DNA from: Octopus sinensis
Taxonomy: Eukaryota
Direction: 5' to 3'
Length of the DNA: 64,000 bases
Assembly (NCBI RefSeq): GCF_006345805.1
Contig: NC_042999.1
Coordinates: 71,238,001-71,302,000, forward strand
Both the position numbers and the translations under genes were made by a program. The notes beneath the pieces are model-generated. The model was not told where the DNA came from, made no database searches, and worked only from the letters and a program-made list of their open reading frames with translations. Below are positions 1-13,317 of the stretch, piece by piece. The first letter of the stretch is position 1. Each line of letters starts with the position of its first letter.

Positions 1-89
1 ATATCCACAGCAACAACAACAACATCATCAACCATAACATTAATAACAGCATGCAACTACCAAAACGGATGAATTACATCGTCGAATGC

Positions 90-790
90 TGAAATGTTAA
101 CACTGATTGTGTCAAATATACTATTGTAACATTTCCGATATTCACATGAATAATGACATGCAATCTTTGAAAAGGCTCAGTCGGTTGCTCTCACTGCTTT
201 CCAGGATATTTTCAATTAATGGTTTCTGTGTGGATATTAAAGGTGATTCTATTATTACGAAACTGTTTTTCGTCGTATATTGGTTACTTTTATGATATTA
301 ATCTCCCTCTGTTTTCTTTATGAAAAATGCTCTATTTTGTTCTATAATGTTAAAAGTATTAACAATAGCATTATGTACACGTGACGAATAAGCGGCCCAA
401 TATGGGATAATGTAGCGATTCGTACGATCAATATATCTATTGGGAGTTTCTTAACGTTCTTTTAACTTTAAGCTGATTATATCAGATGCATAATAGATGC
501 CGCCCTCGTCTTCATAATCATCTCTAATACTCTCTACAATAACCTACAATCCTATAAAGAGAAGATCAGGTAAAAATGTGGCACAGGTTATATCATTTGC
601 ATATTTATACTGACGCATAAATTTGGGATAGGTTATTGTACTTCCTCTAAGGAACTCTTATCTTGGAACTACTTCTAGTATTCCGTAATGAGGTCCAATT
701 CTTCCTATTTTTACACTTGATTCCATCTACTTTATTCTCCACTTCTAAATAATGTTTTTATTGGTTTCAATCCGGAATAGTATTGAGACT
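90..790 (-). pseudogene. Highly decayed C-terminal remnant of an R4/Dong-like (restriction-like endonuclease) non-LTR retrotransposon
   Basis: Minus-strand fragments read YSSRVHNAIVNT (RHN-like) and KENRGD..KNSFVIIE (NRPD..IID-like), broken by stops and frameshifts. Confidence 0.35.
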
Positions 791-796
791 ATAACT

Positions 797-1025
797 GCAG
801 GTGATATGATTTAAAACAGGTGACAATTTAAAACAGGTAACACAAAGCAAGTAATATATCTCTGAACAGGTAATACAGCATAAAGCAGATAATATGAATT
901 AAACAGTTAATGAACATAAAACAGATACTACTAAATAAAACAGGCAATGCGTACTAATTAAAACAGGCAATAAATAAACCGCTAACAACACAAGCGACAG
1001 ATGTGACTACATAACACAGGTAATA
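797..1025. repeat. Degenerate ~20-bp minisatellite built on AAACAGGTAA-like units
   Basis: About 10 spaced variants of aaacagg(t/c)aa, aagcagataa and aaacagttaa. Confidence 0.5.
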
Positions 1026-1350
1026 TAACTTACAACAGTTGTTACAGCTTTAAAAAGTAACGGAATTCTTACATCAAACGAAATATAATTTCCTCACAAT
1101 AACTTTCTATCGACTGAAACTCTACAAACACATACTTTCCTTGTATCTTTCTCTTCTCCCTTTCTAACAACTTGACAAAGACTATATAAAATCAAAAACA
1201 TTCCAAGTATAGTATGACGAAGGCAAAAAAGCCGAAATTTTGAAGTTACTGTCATTCTTGTCCTTATAAAAGACACACACACATACACACACACACACAC
1301 ACACCACACACAGACATGCGCGCGCACACACATATATACATGTATATAAA

Positions 1351-1555
1351 AATAATAATAAATGCGCCCTTTTAAAGCCTAGCCCGGCTCATGGGCTCGG
1401 TTCCCTGGTTTCTATGGCGTATGTGTTCCCCAGCTGGACGGGACGCCAGCCCATCGCAGCGTTACTCACTTTTGCTAGCTGAGTGGACTGGAGCAACGTG
1501 AAATGAAGTGTTTTGCTCAAGAACACAACTCGTCGCCCGGTCCAGGAATCGAAAG
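1351..1555 (-). mobile_element. 5'-truncated tRNA-derived SINE with CORE-like and V/Meta-like domains
   Basis: Minus strand: B-box ttcgattcc, then cttgagcaaaacacttcatttcacgttgctccagtccactcagct (CORE-like), ctgcgatgggctggcgtcccgtccag (V/Meta-like), ending in (TTA)n. Confidence 0.75.
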
Positions 1556-3782
1556 CAGTTCTATGGGGAGGGCTTAGGAAGTGAGGAAGTGATGGAGTGT
1601 TGTGTACATGTATAGCTGAACATCTGTGTAAAGAGATAACTAAGGGGGGGGGGGAGATGGGCAAACACTGTAGATTGCAGGTGGTTAGCTAGGAGAACTT
1701 GTGGGTAGAGTGGGATTTGAGTGTAGTATAGATGAAAGGGAGGCGTGGAAGGAGGAAAAATGGGGAAGACAGTAGAGAAAAACGGCGGTGTGAAAATATG
1801 TAAATAATTTACGAAAACAGGTGCCAATTCAGATAAAAAGTTAGAAAGTTGCTAAAATGTAACAAAAATATTCAAGAAGAAAGATAGACTATCGGAAGAA
1901 AAAGAATTTATGCATGAAAGAGTATGTAAAGTAGGAAGGATTTTATCACAAGGTAGAGATTAAAACAGGATGGTTAAAAATGTGATGAAAAACGCGGAGA
2001 GAAGTCTGTGGCAGAAAAATTAAAAGGAGTAGTTGAAAATGGAGGAAGCATCGTAAAAAGAATATAAAAAGGGTTGTTATTAAAAAAGGATAGCATAAAA
2101 ATATAGAGAGAAAAAAGTTATTTGAGTCAGGAAATTGATGACAGAGCGGAAATTGTTGATGAAATCTAACAGAGAGGTAACGTTCCCAGTAAGGCCAGTG
2201 AGTGAAAATAAAGTTAATGGAATGTCACAGAGAGAGACAGGAATGGATTAAAGATTGGTTGGTGATGTTTGTTGTGAGACGAAATTGAAGGAACTAGTAG
2301 AACCAGGGATGAATTGTATAAAGAAGGCGAAAACGTGTTGCAAATTACACTGACAACAAAATGAATATACTTCCTTTGCCTTAAACTGGAATATACCAAG
2401 CCTTGATATCGCTCTTGTTCTCCCTTCAAGACAAATCTCAGTTTCTCAAGTTTTCTTTCTTTCTCTGCCCCTAGTTTTTCTTTCATTTATTGACATATTC
2501 ACACACAAACACTAAAACACATTATATGATCGAAAATAGATTTTTCTATTCTGTAGTAAAGTACATTGTAAAGTACCTTCGCTCCGTTGTATTGTCTCAG
2601 TTTGATGAAAAGTTAAAAAAAGGAAAGGTGTTACAATGAGTTTTCCTCCACTAAGCGGGCAAAATTAATGGACTGTATTAGTTTTATGGGCATGTTTCGT
2701 GGACATTGGTAACAGATTAATGAGCATCACATATACGAAAAATGATTGACGAATAAGAAGCCGAATACACAAATAAAAAGATATATTGGCCGCTAGCCAC
2801 ATATCTAGTTATATCATGTAACAAAACCATATATATGTTATTATTTAATTAAATTTTGACTTTATTATAGTATGAGTGTAAATAAATGAAAATACCAGCG
2901 AAATTTGATAGAAAAAACCCGACGAAATCGCAGTTACAAATAACTCCTTGGTCTAAAGGTATTTATGCATATATGCACATATATATGTGTGTGTGTGTGT
3001 GTGTTTAGATATATATATATATACATGTGTTTGTATGAATATGTGTGTATACATATACACACACGCATACACATATCAATACACATACACACACATACAC
3101 TCTCGTTCACACCGACACACATAAACTTTAAAACAACATTTAACTCATGGTTACATTCGTTATATTTCATAAAATCTTATTAAATTCAGAATTTAGTCTA
3201 TAACTATTGTGTGTATGCGTGTGTGCATATGTGCGCACGTGTGTCTATAGTGGAGATTTGTAAACAATGCAAATACGTTTTCCCGATATATATGAATAAG
3301 CTTACCATAGGTAAGAATCTCGAGATGTGCCGGCCATAGATCAAAGACTTAAAAAGAAAACTAAAAAGATATTGAAATCAATGAAGAGTCCTAATCCCGG
3401 CGTTCAGAATTCAGATACTAACAAAAATTCATGCCGTAACTCAGTCTAAACCTAGCAGTTTCTTTATGAGAGGCCCAGATGTGTTTGATGAACCTTTGTC
3501 ATAATAGTACTTTCAAGTCACTTGTAGGTAGACATCGTAGTTTAACAACATTTTCTTAGCCCTTATTCTGTTCTGGGATGAAAAATGAATTATTCTTGGT
3601 ATTAAGATTATGTTATATTAACAAAAAAGTTATAGTTTATACCTTATTTCTTTTAAATAAGGATCTAAACAGGCTTAGTCTTGCTAAGTGTTTGAAGATC
3701 AAAGTCTAATAAAAGAGAAATGGATGCAAATTGAATACAAGGATAATTAGGTCATGCAAGTTCCTCATACATTAATATCTAT

Positions 3783-3806
3783 GATATATATATATATGTA
3801 TGTATA

Positions 3807-3862
<56 letters not shown>

Positions 3863-3902
3863 CACACATACATATATATATATATATGATATAATATATA
3901 TG

Positions 3903-3955
<53 letters not shown>

Positions 3956-3989
3956 AATATATATATTTACATATACACACACACTATAT

Positions 3990-4021
<32 letters not shown>

Positions 4022-4032
4022 TTATATTTACA
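3783..4032. repeat. (TA)n/(CA)n compound microsatellite
   Basis: Direct reading. Confidence 0.95.
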
Positions 4033-4282
4033 TATACATACATATATATATAATGTTGGCAGACGAAATAGGGATAAGAATGTGCATTGTCCGTTTGATT
4101 GGAAAATTTCTATAGGTGGCTGAAGATTGTTCGACATTTTAAAAGTGATGTAATACTTACAGTGTTTAATAAAATGAAGTAGCATGAAACGATCGTACCA
4201 CATTACCTCGGATATACTTGTTGCTTATTTTGATTGTAATCACCCCATGGATTTATATGAATAATACCATGCAACATTCTGG

Positions 4283-4288
<6 letters not shown>
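4033..4288 (+). mobile_element. Short repeat fragment between (TA)n tracts, probable Penelope pseudo-LTR piece; second copy on the minus strand at ~26378-26600
   Basis: gaagtagcatgaaacgatcgtacc..ggatatacttgttgcttattttgattgtaatcacccc matches the reverse complement of 26410-26485. Confidence 0.6.
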
Positions 4289-4347
<59 letters not shown>

Positions 4348-4925
4348 GCATACAAAATATTATATACGAACATGTGGATATAAGTCTACACATGCACAAG
4401 CGTGCATACATACATGCATACATGCATATACCTACCTGTACACACACATGCGCACACACGCACACGCATACACACACACACACACACACCACACACACAC
4501 ACAAACACGTATGTATCTGTGTTAGTACGTGGTTTACGAAACAAACTTGAGACAAGCTTTTGAATAATTTGAATAATTCAAGATGACAGGAAAACATTGA
4601 AATTGAATCGCCCAGACACGGAAATCAACCCATGTGATTCTGTTTATTTCTGCTTATATGAAATTTTACGCATATATTCTAGAAAGAAGACGCGTAACAG
4701 CGTTAGCGTATGTGTGAAAAGCTAAAAAATTCAATTCGGCTTTTGCATCAGATAAAGAAGAAGCATTATAAATGTAAATATACACGCAAGACTTGCATAC
4801 AAATATTCCACAGAAGCAAACCACGTAGACTTATTGAAATGAATCAAATACTATTGATATGGATAATATAAATAATTTGTAACTTCTATGACATTTTATT
4901 ATCTCCTGGTCATGCACACACACAC

Positions 4926-5027
4926 ATATACACATATAAGAAACGAGATCGTTTCTTATATGTGTATATATACACATATAAGAAACGAGATCGTTTCTTA
5001 TATGTGTATATATACACATATAAGAAA
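4926..5027. repeat. Tandem 42-bp units, each a perfect hairpin
   Basis: atacacatataagaaacg-agat-cgtttcttatatgtgtat occurs twice, plus a partial third arm. Confidence 0.9.
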
Positions 5028-5399
5028 ATCTCTGTCGAGGTAGAAAGCAGTATACAAAGCGGAAAGTATTGCTTATGACCACTCTAATATGGCTGTCCTC
5101 TAAGAGACGACAATACTGCCATTTAACCCCAGAAAGGCACATCCTCGAGCTGCTTTAGTCAGTGAGATTTTCGCACTCGATATTTATTGCAAGTGGGAGA
5201 TAACTCCTGCCATCCTAGCTCCGAGACCACCAGACCATGTGGTTTCGATTCGTATTGGATCTCATTGGTGAGTACTCGCTCCCCTGGCATGTCAGCTCCT
5301 CCTATCGGTAGTGTAATGATCTAGTGTTAACATCTGTCTCATATATGGTCAAGTGCATAGGTTCCTTAGACTCGACAGTTACAACTGGGTGTGGGCTCT

Positions 5400-6100
5400 T
5401 GGTGTTATTCTCGTGTAATGATGTTTTTCATACTGGGGTAGCTGCTATATAATTTCACTGGGTGCCTGTAAAATATTTTCCTGCACTTGTAATTTTCTGG
5501 AAAGTGTTTACCCAAGAGAGACAGGAATATTTACCTAAGTTAGCTTTTACGTCAAGGGAAGCAGGGTGGGAACAACCAGATTATTTTTCTAGGTCTAGTT
5601 TTAGGTCTATTATTATTAATATTATTATTGTTATATTTATTAAAATCAGAGGGGTTATATATTAATTTCTCTTTAAAGCCACTATTGGCTAGAAGATTGT
5701 TGTAATAGGGGGTTGCCTTCTCGAAAATTTATTTAGAGGAAGAGGGGTTATAAACTCTTTTACTAATGTTACCTAACAGGTTTTTAAATTCTATAATGTG
5801 GGATGTAACATGAGTATTTATGTATATAAGAAGGTTTCTTGTTTGGGCTTATTATAAGTTTTATAGGAGAAGGTGTTTAGGTCTAGGGAAACATCTAAAT
5901 TAATAGTAGCACATAAAACATATATTGTGTTTATTAAATAATACTAGAAGAGAAACATCCTCCGGGCGGTTTTCTGCTAGACCCATAAGAATATCTTCAC
6001 ATTTGATTCCCAATTCAATAATTTTTATATTTTACGTCTAATTATTTCTTTGTATAATAGTTCACATTTGCTTAGTAAATTTTGCTTTCATTATTTTATC
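5400..6100 (-). pseudogene. Decayed Penelope-like element RT remnant
   Basis: Minus frame near 5900-5820 reads DVSLDLNTFSYKTYNKPKQET, resembling the PLE FLDVxLDL..YKPYxKP motif; stops and frameshifts. Confidence 0.55.
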
Positions 6101-6406
6101 ACAGTCATAATCTCTCTTTTTAAACAAACATCAAGGAAGTCCAACTACGCAGGGTGTTGAAACAGTTTGTCACGTTTTACCTTCCCCTCAAAACAACATA
6201 GTGATTTCAATTCAGCAGCCCATCTGTAATCTTTGCAGTGTGTGTGTGCGGAGAGAGAGAGAGAGAGAGAGGGGGTAGAGAGAACATTGCAAACAATGAA
6301 TGAAATAAACAGGAAATGAAAAAATCGTATGTAATAATAGGGCATAAGTACAGATATATATGCCCCAAATTTGTTGCCTCATAACATCCAGAAAATATAT
6401 ATGGAA

Positions 6407-6770
6407 GCACTCCGTCGGTTACGACGATGAGGGTTCCGGTTGATCGGAATCAACGGAACAGCCTGCTCGTGAAATTAACGTGTAAGTGGCTGAGCACTCC
6501 ACAGACACGTGCACCCTTAACGTAGTTCTCGCGGATATTCAGCGTGACACAGAGAGTGACAAGGCCGGCCCCTTGAAGTACAGGTACAACAGAAACAGGA
6601 AGTAAGAGTGAGAGAAAGTTGTGGTGAAAGAGTACAGCAGGGATCACCACCATCCCCTGCCGGAGCCTCGTGGAGCTTTAAGGTGTTTTCGCTCAATAAA
6701 CACTCACAACGCCCGGTCTGGGAATCGAAACCACGATCTTATGACCGCGAGTCCGCTGCCCTAACCACTG
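6407..6770 (-). mobile_element. tRNA-derived SINE, near full length
   Basis: Minus strand begins cagtggttagggcagcggactcgcggtcataagatcgtggtttcgattccc (A and B boxes); the tail is related to 59200-59348. Confidence 0.8.
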
Positions 6771-7199
6771 AAATGTATACTTTTTAAAGAAATTTTCTAC
6801 AAATACTGTATAGATGTTGTGGCCTCTGAGTATATAGGGATTTATGGGAAATAATTTTTCCGAGAGGGTGGAGGGAAGAGTTTCGGAAAATTCACATGAT
6901 CTGACTGTTTCCCCTCATAATTTTCAGGAAAATGGGTATCTTTTAATGAAAGTTTATACAAATACGTTTGAAGCTGCATGATTACGATTATAAAGAAACT
7001 TGTGGACATTTTTTTCCAAGGGGGTAGGGAGAGGAGTTTCGGATCAGGAAGATCCAATAAGTTGGGACTACTTTGTTTTGACGGAGATTTTCCCTATTTT
7101 TTAAAAATCACAACCTTCGAAATGATTGGGCTGGTGGGGCATCTTTGTATGAAATATGTTTTGAAAATTTATTTTACAACTCTGCTCCCTCATCATCCC

Positions 7200-7925
7200 A
7201 CTCCGGACCTATTTTGAGCAATTTTCTTTGCACTTCGGCAAGAAAATAAAAAAAATTGCTAATATTTTCAGAGGGAATAGTGAGTGATTTAATGGAGAGT
7301 TGGTTGTTGTTTCTAGCACATTGCAAGACAATCCTTCTCGTTTCTTTATCACACTCGCATGTATTGATGCTTTTCAATATTGTTCTCCCCATAAATACAT
7401 TTATATGCTATAAAAAATAAAACTTGAAAAATTATGATTTCTTTGCAACCCCACTCCCTGCCCCCGATTGTTTCTGCTTATGATTTAAAATGTTGAACAG
7501 CCCGTGAAGATATTTGCTGAAATTTATCCACAGTGATTTAAAAAAGAGTTACGTAAACGATAATTCATTTTAATAGCATAATTTTATGTTAGAAAACGTT
7601 TTGTTTTTCTAACAGACACACGGCTTCGCTTGACTGAGGCAGAGGCAAACATTTAGATTACAATGTTTTTGTTGCTTATTTTCCACAAATGGACCACGCG
7701 TACTTCGAGATCATCATTCCATAAAATGTGTTTAATAGGAGAAAAATATTGAAAAAACATCAATACATGTGAGAGTGAAAACGGAGGATGATTTACGTTG
7801 TGCTAGAAACCTCCCTTGAATTGTTCACTTTTTCCTCTGAAAATATTACCATAAATTTTTTTTGTATCGAAAAGGTTCCTTCCATGGCTTTTCAGTTAAA
7901 AAAAGATGGCCAAAATCGGTCGGGA
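7200..7925. mobile_element. Old fold-back / non-autonomous DNA element with ~190-bp imperfect inverted arms
   Basis: 7261-7390 (aatattttcagagg..tttctagcaca..catgtattgatg..tcaatatt..ctcc) mirrors 7738-7848; 7203-7228 mirrors 7900-7925. Confidence 0.6.
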
Positions 7926-8199
7926 TAGTTATTATTGTAAGGTTTATAGCATTTCAAATAGTCATAACAGCAAAATCCCTTCTTAATTTTTTCTTACAAA
8001 AATTATAGCTGTGTATATAAAAAAAAAATTCATTCAATAAATAATGTTTTTACTTTAACAATATAGAATAAATTGTGAGTTTTGCAATTACCGAATTAAA
8101 ACTTGAAACGAAAACATTGAAATAGAGAGTGAGAGACTTTGCAAATGAAAACGGAATACACCACTGTGAATGCAACGAATATTTAAATTTGTGAAAATT

Positions 8200-8550
8200 A
8201 GTTCTCTTGATCATTTAGGGGGTTGTACGTGGATATGTATGATAGAGCTTTTGCTTGTAAATCTTTCTTTAATCGTGGATGTTGAGTTGTAGGGCACGTT
8301 CAAAGCCTATATCAATTAGTGATGTGGATAGTTCCTGCTGATGAGTGTATCCTTTAGCTCATGTAGTCGTGTGTCCCTGGTTCTTGTATCAGATACTATA
8401 GTGCAAATCCTTTTGCCAGGTTGTAAGAGATATTCATTCTAGTGTGTTTGGGGTGGCAAGAGTCGAATGGCAGATGTTGCTTGGAGTCAATGGGCTTATT
8501 GTAGATGTCTGTTTCTATTTTGTTTTTGGATTTTGTTGCTTAAACCATCA
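8200..8550 (-). pseudogene. Penelope-like element RT C-terminal remnant
   Basis: Minus strand KIETDIYNKPIDSKQHLPFDSCHPKHTRMNISYNLAK/RICTIVSD..RLHELKDTLISRNYP with frameshifts; typical PLE signature. Confidence 0.8.
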
Positions 8551-8617
8551 TTTCTCTGTACCCAAGCTATTTCTTCAGATTTACTACTACCCACCTACGA
8601 AGCATTCACAAAGAAAT

Positions 8618-8648
<31 letters not shown>

Positions 8649-10247
8649 AGGGAGAGACTGAGACAGACAGACTATCTGAAGACTAGGGAAATATCCAATT
8701 TAATTGTTTTTCTTATTTTACTCTTAGTTGGAAAAGTCTAAAAGACGGAAAACTGTACTAAAGTGTACTTCATGATAAAAAATATTCTAGCATTTTCTAC
8801 TTTGTCTTATTTTACTTATACATATCAACTCGTGTGTTACTTTTCTACCCTCTACATACATACATACATACATACATACATACATACATACATACATACA
8901 AGTGGTTGTTTAGGTTTAAAGATTCGGGAGCTTAAGTTCCTTGCGCCAATAGTCTAAGTCTGTTTTAAAGGCACTGTTGTCCTAAAAGGGAGTAAGTGTT
9001 CTGTGATGTATACAATAGCGGCATATTTGCGTTTGATTTTGCCGGAACGTATAAAAAATAAATAAGCAGATTATCATTTATTTACGTACTTTATTCGTGA
9101 AAGCAGTCTCCAACATGGCCATAGTCCAATGACTAAAACCAATGAATTAAAATATACTTTTAGACACATGTCTATGTACGTTTTAGACTGCGTATGTAGT
9201 TATTCTTTAATATTTGTTTTCAGTTTTCTCTTAACGCGGCCTGATATAAATTGTTGTATCTATATAGAAAGTGTTTCCCGAAATAAATGATTGTATCTAT
9301 ACAGAAAATTGCTGCCAGATATATAAGTGCCAAGCTAAAATAATATAATTTATTATACAAGATTATACTTAAGCATACAGTCTAAAGAATTTTGCTAATA
9401 TATTCTATGTTCACAGTAAAACAGTATTGGTAACAGACCAGCTTCAGATTGTTTTTACTACTTATTACAGTGTTGACGATACTAATGGTGCCTTGATTCC
9501 TGCATACACATAACCAGACACACTCATACACACGTGACACATATACATAAAATGCATACAATTACAAACACACATATGTATGTGTATGTCTGTAAGCATG
9601 TGCATCCTTATATATACATATATATATATATATGTCAAATCATGTGTAGGTATGAATTGATGCGCTATCACTGACCCCAATATAATCACTGCAGCAACGA
9701 ACTAAATCCTTAGTACATTGGGAGTTTCTACTAAGGCTCTCGTAGAAATAACTGTTAAATACACTGCACACATTACTGTATGAAATAAAAAAAAATTGTA
9801 CCTATACGTCACATAAACAAGCGTGACTTACCACTGGAATGTTTGTCATCATAGGTCTGCTCGCTAAGTCCTGCCATGGGGCTTAAACAACAACAACAGC
9901 AACAAAAAACGGGTATACATTATGCATTATAAATGTTCGTTACTCATAGAATAGATGACCGCGTTATCAAAACAGCAAACAGAATACTCATTACACTCAA
10001 TCATAAATTAGCTTGATAATATATTGTAAATACAGAAAGAATAAATCTCTCTTCAACAATCGCAAACATACAAATCACTGAATACACTGCAAATGACCAA
10101 TGTACATTAGACATACTTGTGCTAACAAGAAAATTATAAAGGCTATGACGCTAATTGTTTCATCGGGCGTACATTTTACGTTCTTGCTTATCAAGTGATT
10201 TTTGCATTTACAAGGAGTCATTACTCAATCATAAAATGCAATACACA

Positions 10248-10349
<102 letters not shown>

Positions 10350-11472
10350 AATACATACACGCAAAAAAATCTACATAGGAAAATATTCGTCGATATGTAA
10401 TGGAAATGAGAACACACATGGCAAGAAAGTTCGTAATAAAAACTATATTAATTACAAAGTAGAGCGCAGAAATTAATGCACGGACTGCAAATCCTCGTGT
10501 CAAAAAATCAGCAGAAAATATGGTTAAAGTATTCCCTGAATGAATGAATAAATCATTTTGAACTAAATGTGCGAATTTAAGAATGAGAAAAGGCGATATT
10601 GTCCCCAGTATTCTACGTGCAAAAAATATCAACCAACAAAATCATTTTAACTCAAGATGTGACAATTACGTCTTTGGATAATTGCCATAGAAACATAAAT
10701 ATAAAGAATACCAAAGAAATATGAATTCAGATTTAGGAGATAGCTATGTTTTTGGTGATAAATGAGTAGCTGCATTTATTTTGTAAACAAAGAAAATTTT
10801 GTTCATTCTCATATTGAGATTTTCCGTTATCTCGCGTTTAGTTCCTTCAGGAGACTATTGCTCACTTTTCTATTTTTAATGTTCTAGATTAATTGAAAAA
10901 CAGTTCTTTTATGAATAGCAGAAGTAGATTTTAGGCAATTGTTAGTCATTAAGATACATTTGAAACCTGCACAATTTACTGCTTATTTATCTAGAAAAAT
11001 CAACGGTACAGTCTTCTAATGGTATGGTCGTTTTTGTTCTATCAGGTGTTTAAAATAAAATTTTGTTAGACGGAATGTTGATGTGCTATGTAGACTTCTA
11101 TTCTGTTTGAAGCTAATAAGATAATGGTAATTATAGAAACTAAATTTAGAATTAAATTGTTTGCTAGGACAAAGAAGACTCAGTGTTATTATATCAAAGT
11201 AAATATAAAAATTTAGCTTGAGTTTTTTTTTGTTTTAATGTCCAAATTTCCTCAGCTACTTTCCCGCACTTTGTCTCCAATATATACTTCGTCACCTTTT
11301 CATAAACTTATATTAAGCTTCCTCCTTTCTTCCCTTCTCTACTTAATTTATTAAGATTATACAGCGCTCCAATCTCAAAAGTTATTATTTACACATTGCA
11401 AAGAGTTTCTCCTTCGAACATACAACAGATACAAAAAGTATTTTGACATGTATATATCTATATATACATATG

Positions 11473-11775
11473 CAGCGTGCGGTGAATATATTGTCGTCTA
11501 AATTATGCAAAAATGAAAATAACACTGACATCTCATTTCAACACATATAGTTACCAAAATTACATAAAAATATTTTGAAATACTAAAGAGTAAATTCAAT
11601 TAATAAAATCGCCATTGGCTTCAACCACAGACTCTAGACGACTTTGGAATCTCCGGCAACCCTTCTAGACGGTCTCTTTGTTTAAGATGGTGAAGGCTCC
11701 CACAATTCTTGCCTTTAGTTCATCTTTGATGTTAAAGGAGTTTTGTTGGTCTCTCGCTCAATTGCGCACCATGCG
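11473..11775 (-). mobile_element. Tc1/mariner-superfamily 3' end fragment
   Basis: Minus strand KGCRRFQSRLESVVEANGDFIN* (transposase C-terminus) followed by a CAG-starting TIR-like end at 11473. Confidence 0.6.
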
Positions 11776-11924
11776 CAAACAAATATATTCTTGCATATAT
11801 GTGTACATAATGCATATGTGTGTATGTGCATGTGTCTATGTATGCACATATATACATATACAGAAATATATATATATATATGCATACACATACATACATA
11901 AATTCATGCATATATATATATATG

Positions 11925-12158
11925 TTGGGTTAGCGCATAATTATTGCGGCTTTTTTTCAACAAATTTCTTTCAACAAAAACAATAACAGCACGTAACAAA
12001 AACTTCTTTAAATGATTATACCGGAGCATATTCGCCATCTACTTCAATTACTGCTTTCCATTTGCTTGCCAGAGGGTCAGACAGTTATTTAAAGATGTTT
12101 TTGTTGAATATTGTTCTTGATTTTGTTGTAAAAAACCGCAATAATTATCACCAGCCCA

Positions 12159-12159
<1 letters not shown>
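11925..12159 (-). mobile_element. Mariner-derived MITE, copy 1
   Basis: Imperfect TIRs ttgggttagcgcataattattgcggc / ccgcaataattatcaccagcccaa; internal minus-strand [12 protein letters not shown]. Confidence 0.8.
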
Positions 12160-12216
<57 letters not shown>

Positions 12217-12285
12217 GTTTGCATGTAACATAGACATACACAGTCGTGTATACTGTGCGGATGCAATATATGTACATACATACAT

Positions 12286-12318
<33 letters not shown>

Positions 12319-12350
12319 ATATATATATATATATAATATATATATAATAT

Positions 12351-12415
<65 letters not shown>

Positions 12416-12433
12416 ATAATATATATATATATA

Positions 12434-12677
12434 TTGGGTTAGTGCATAATTATTGCGGCTTTTTTTCAACAAATTTCATTCAACAAAAGCAATAACGTAA
12501 CAAAAACATCTTGAAATGATTATTCCGGAGCATACTCACCATCTACTTCAACTTCTGCTTTCCATTTGCTTGGCAGAGGGTCAGACCGTCATTTAAAGAT
12601 GTTTTTGTTAAATATTGTTATTGATTTTGTTGTATAAAATTTGTTTTAAAAAACCGCAATAATTATCACCAACCCAA
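12434..12677 (-). mobile_element. Mariner-derived MITE, copy 2
   Basis: Near-identical to 11925-12159, TA-flanked. Confidence 0.8.
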
Positions 12678-13274
12678 TATATATATACATACATATGTTT
12701 GCATGTAAACATACACATACAGTCGTGTATACTATGCGGATGTAATATATGTTTGATAGCTTTGACGTGATACAAATGTTTATTTGACAATGTATAAGCA
12801 CGCAACGAAGGAATGATAATAATTAAAAATATTAAGCCTCATACGGCATTTAATAGCAGGAATCTGATGCAAATTAAACAAATGGGATAAATATTGTAAA
12901 CAAATTTTGAAAATAATTTGTCTCTTTCCCATAATACGAGTCAGTGATTTACCACAGAGATTGAGACAAATAAAATCCGCATGTTTAGGCACAGAAACAC
13001 GAATATACAAACATACATACATTCATACATATTTATAAATATATGTGTATGTATATGCATGTACATGCACATACATACATATATACATACATACATGCAT
13101 ACATACATATATACATACACACACATGTATATAAATGCAAGGTTTTATATCGAGTTAGGAAAATAAAATCACATTAGACTGAAAGATAGCTGAAAACTTT
13201 TTGTAAAGTACATAACTATTATTATTTAACAAGAATAAAGAAGTGTTGACAGTGATTCGTGTTAAAGAATATAC

Positions 13275-13315
<41 letters not shown>

Positions 13316-13317
<2 letters not shown>

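Noticed and set aside
797-1025. CRISPR-like repeat-spacer array
   Set aside because: Units are short, degenerate and irregular, in a eukaryotic context with no cas genes.
1560-2500. Purine-skewed segment as the 5' part of a Penelope ORF (minus strand)
   Set aside because: Composition resembles the 28-29 kb element, but I could not read a diagnostic motif.
6715-6770. tRNA gene (also 48495-48560)
   Set aside because: A/B boxes run into SINE bodies; no complete cloverleaf.
8335-8350. CTGATGAG as a hammerhead core
   Set aside because: It is the antisense of Penelope RT codons and has no suitable GAAA or stems.
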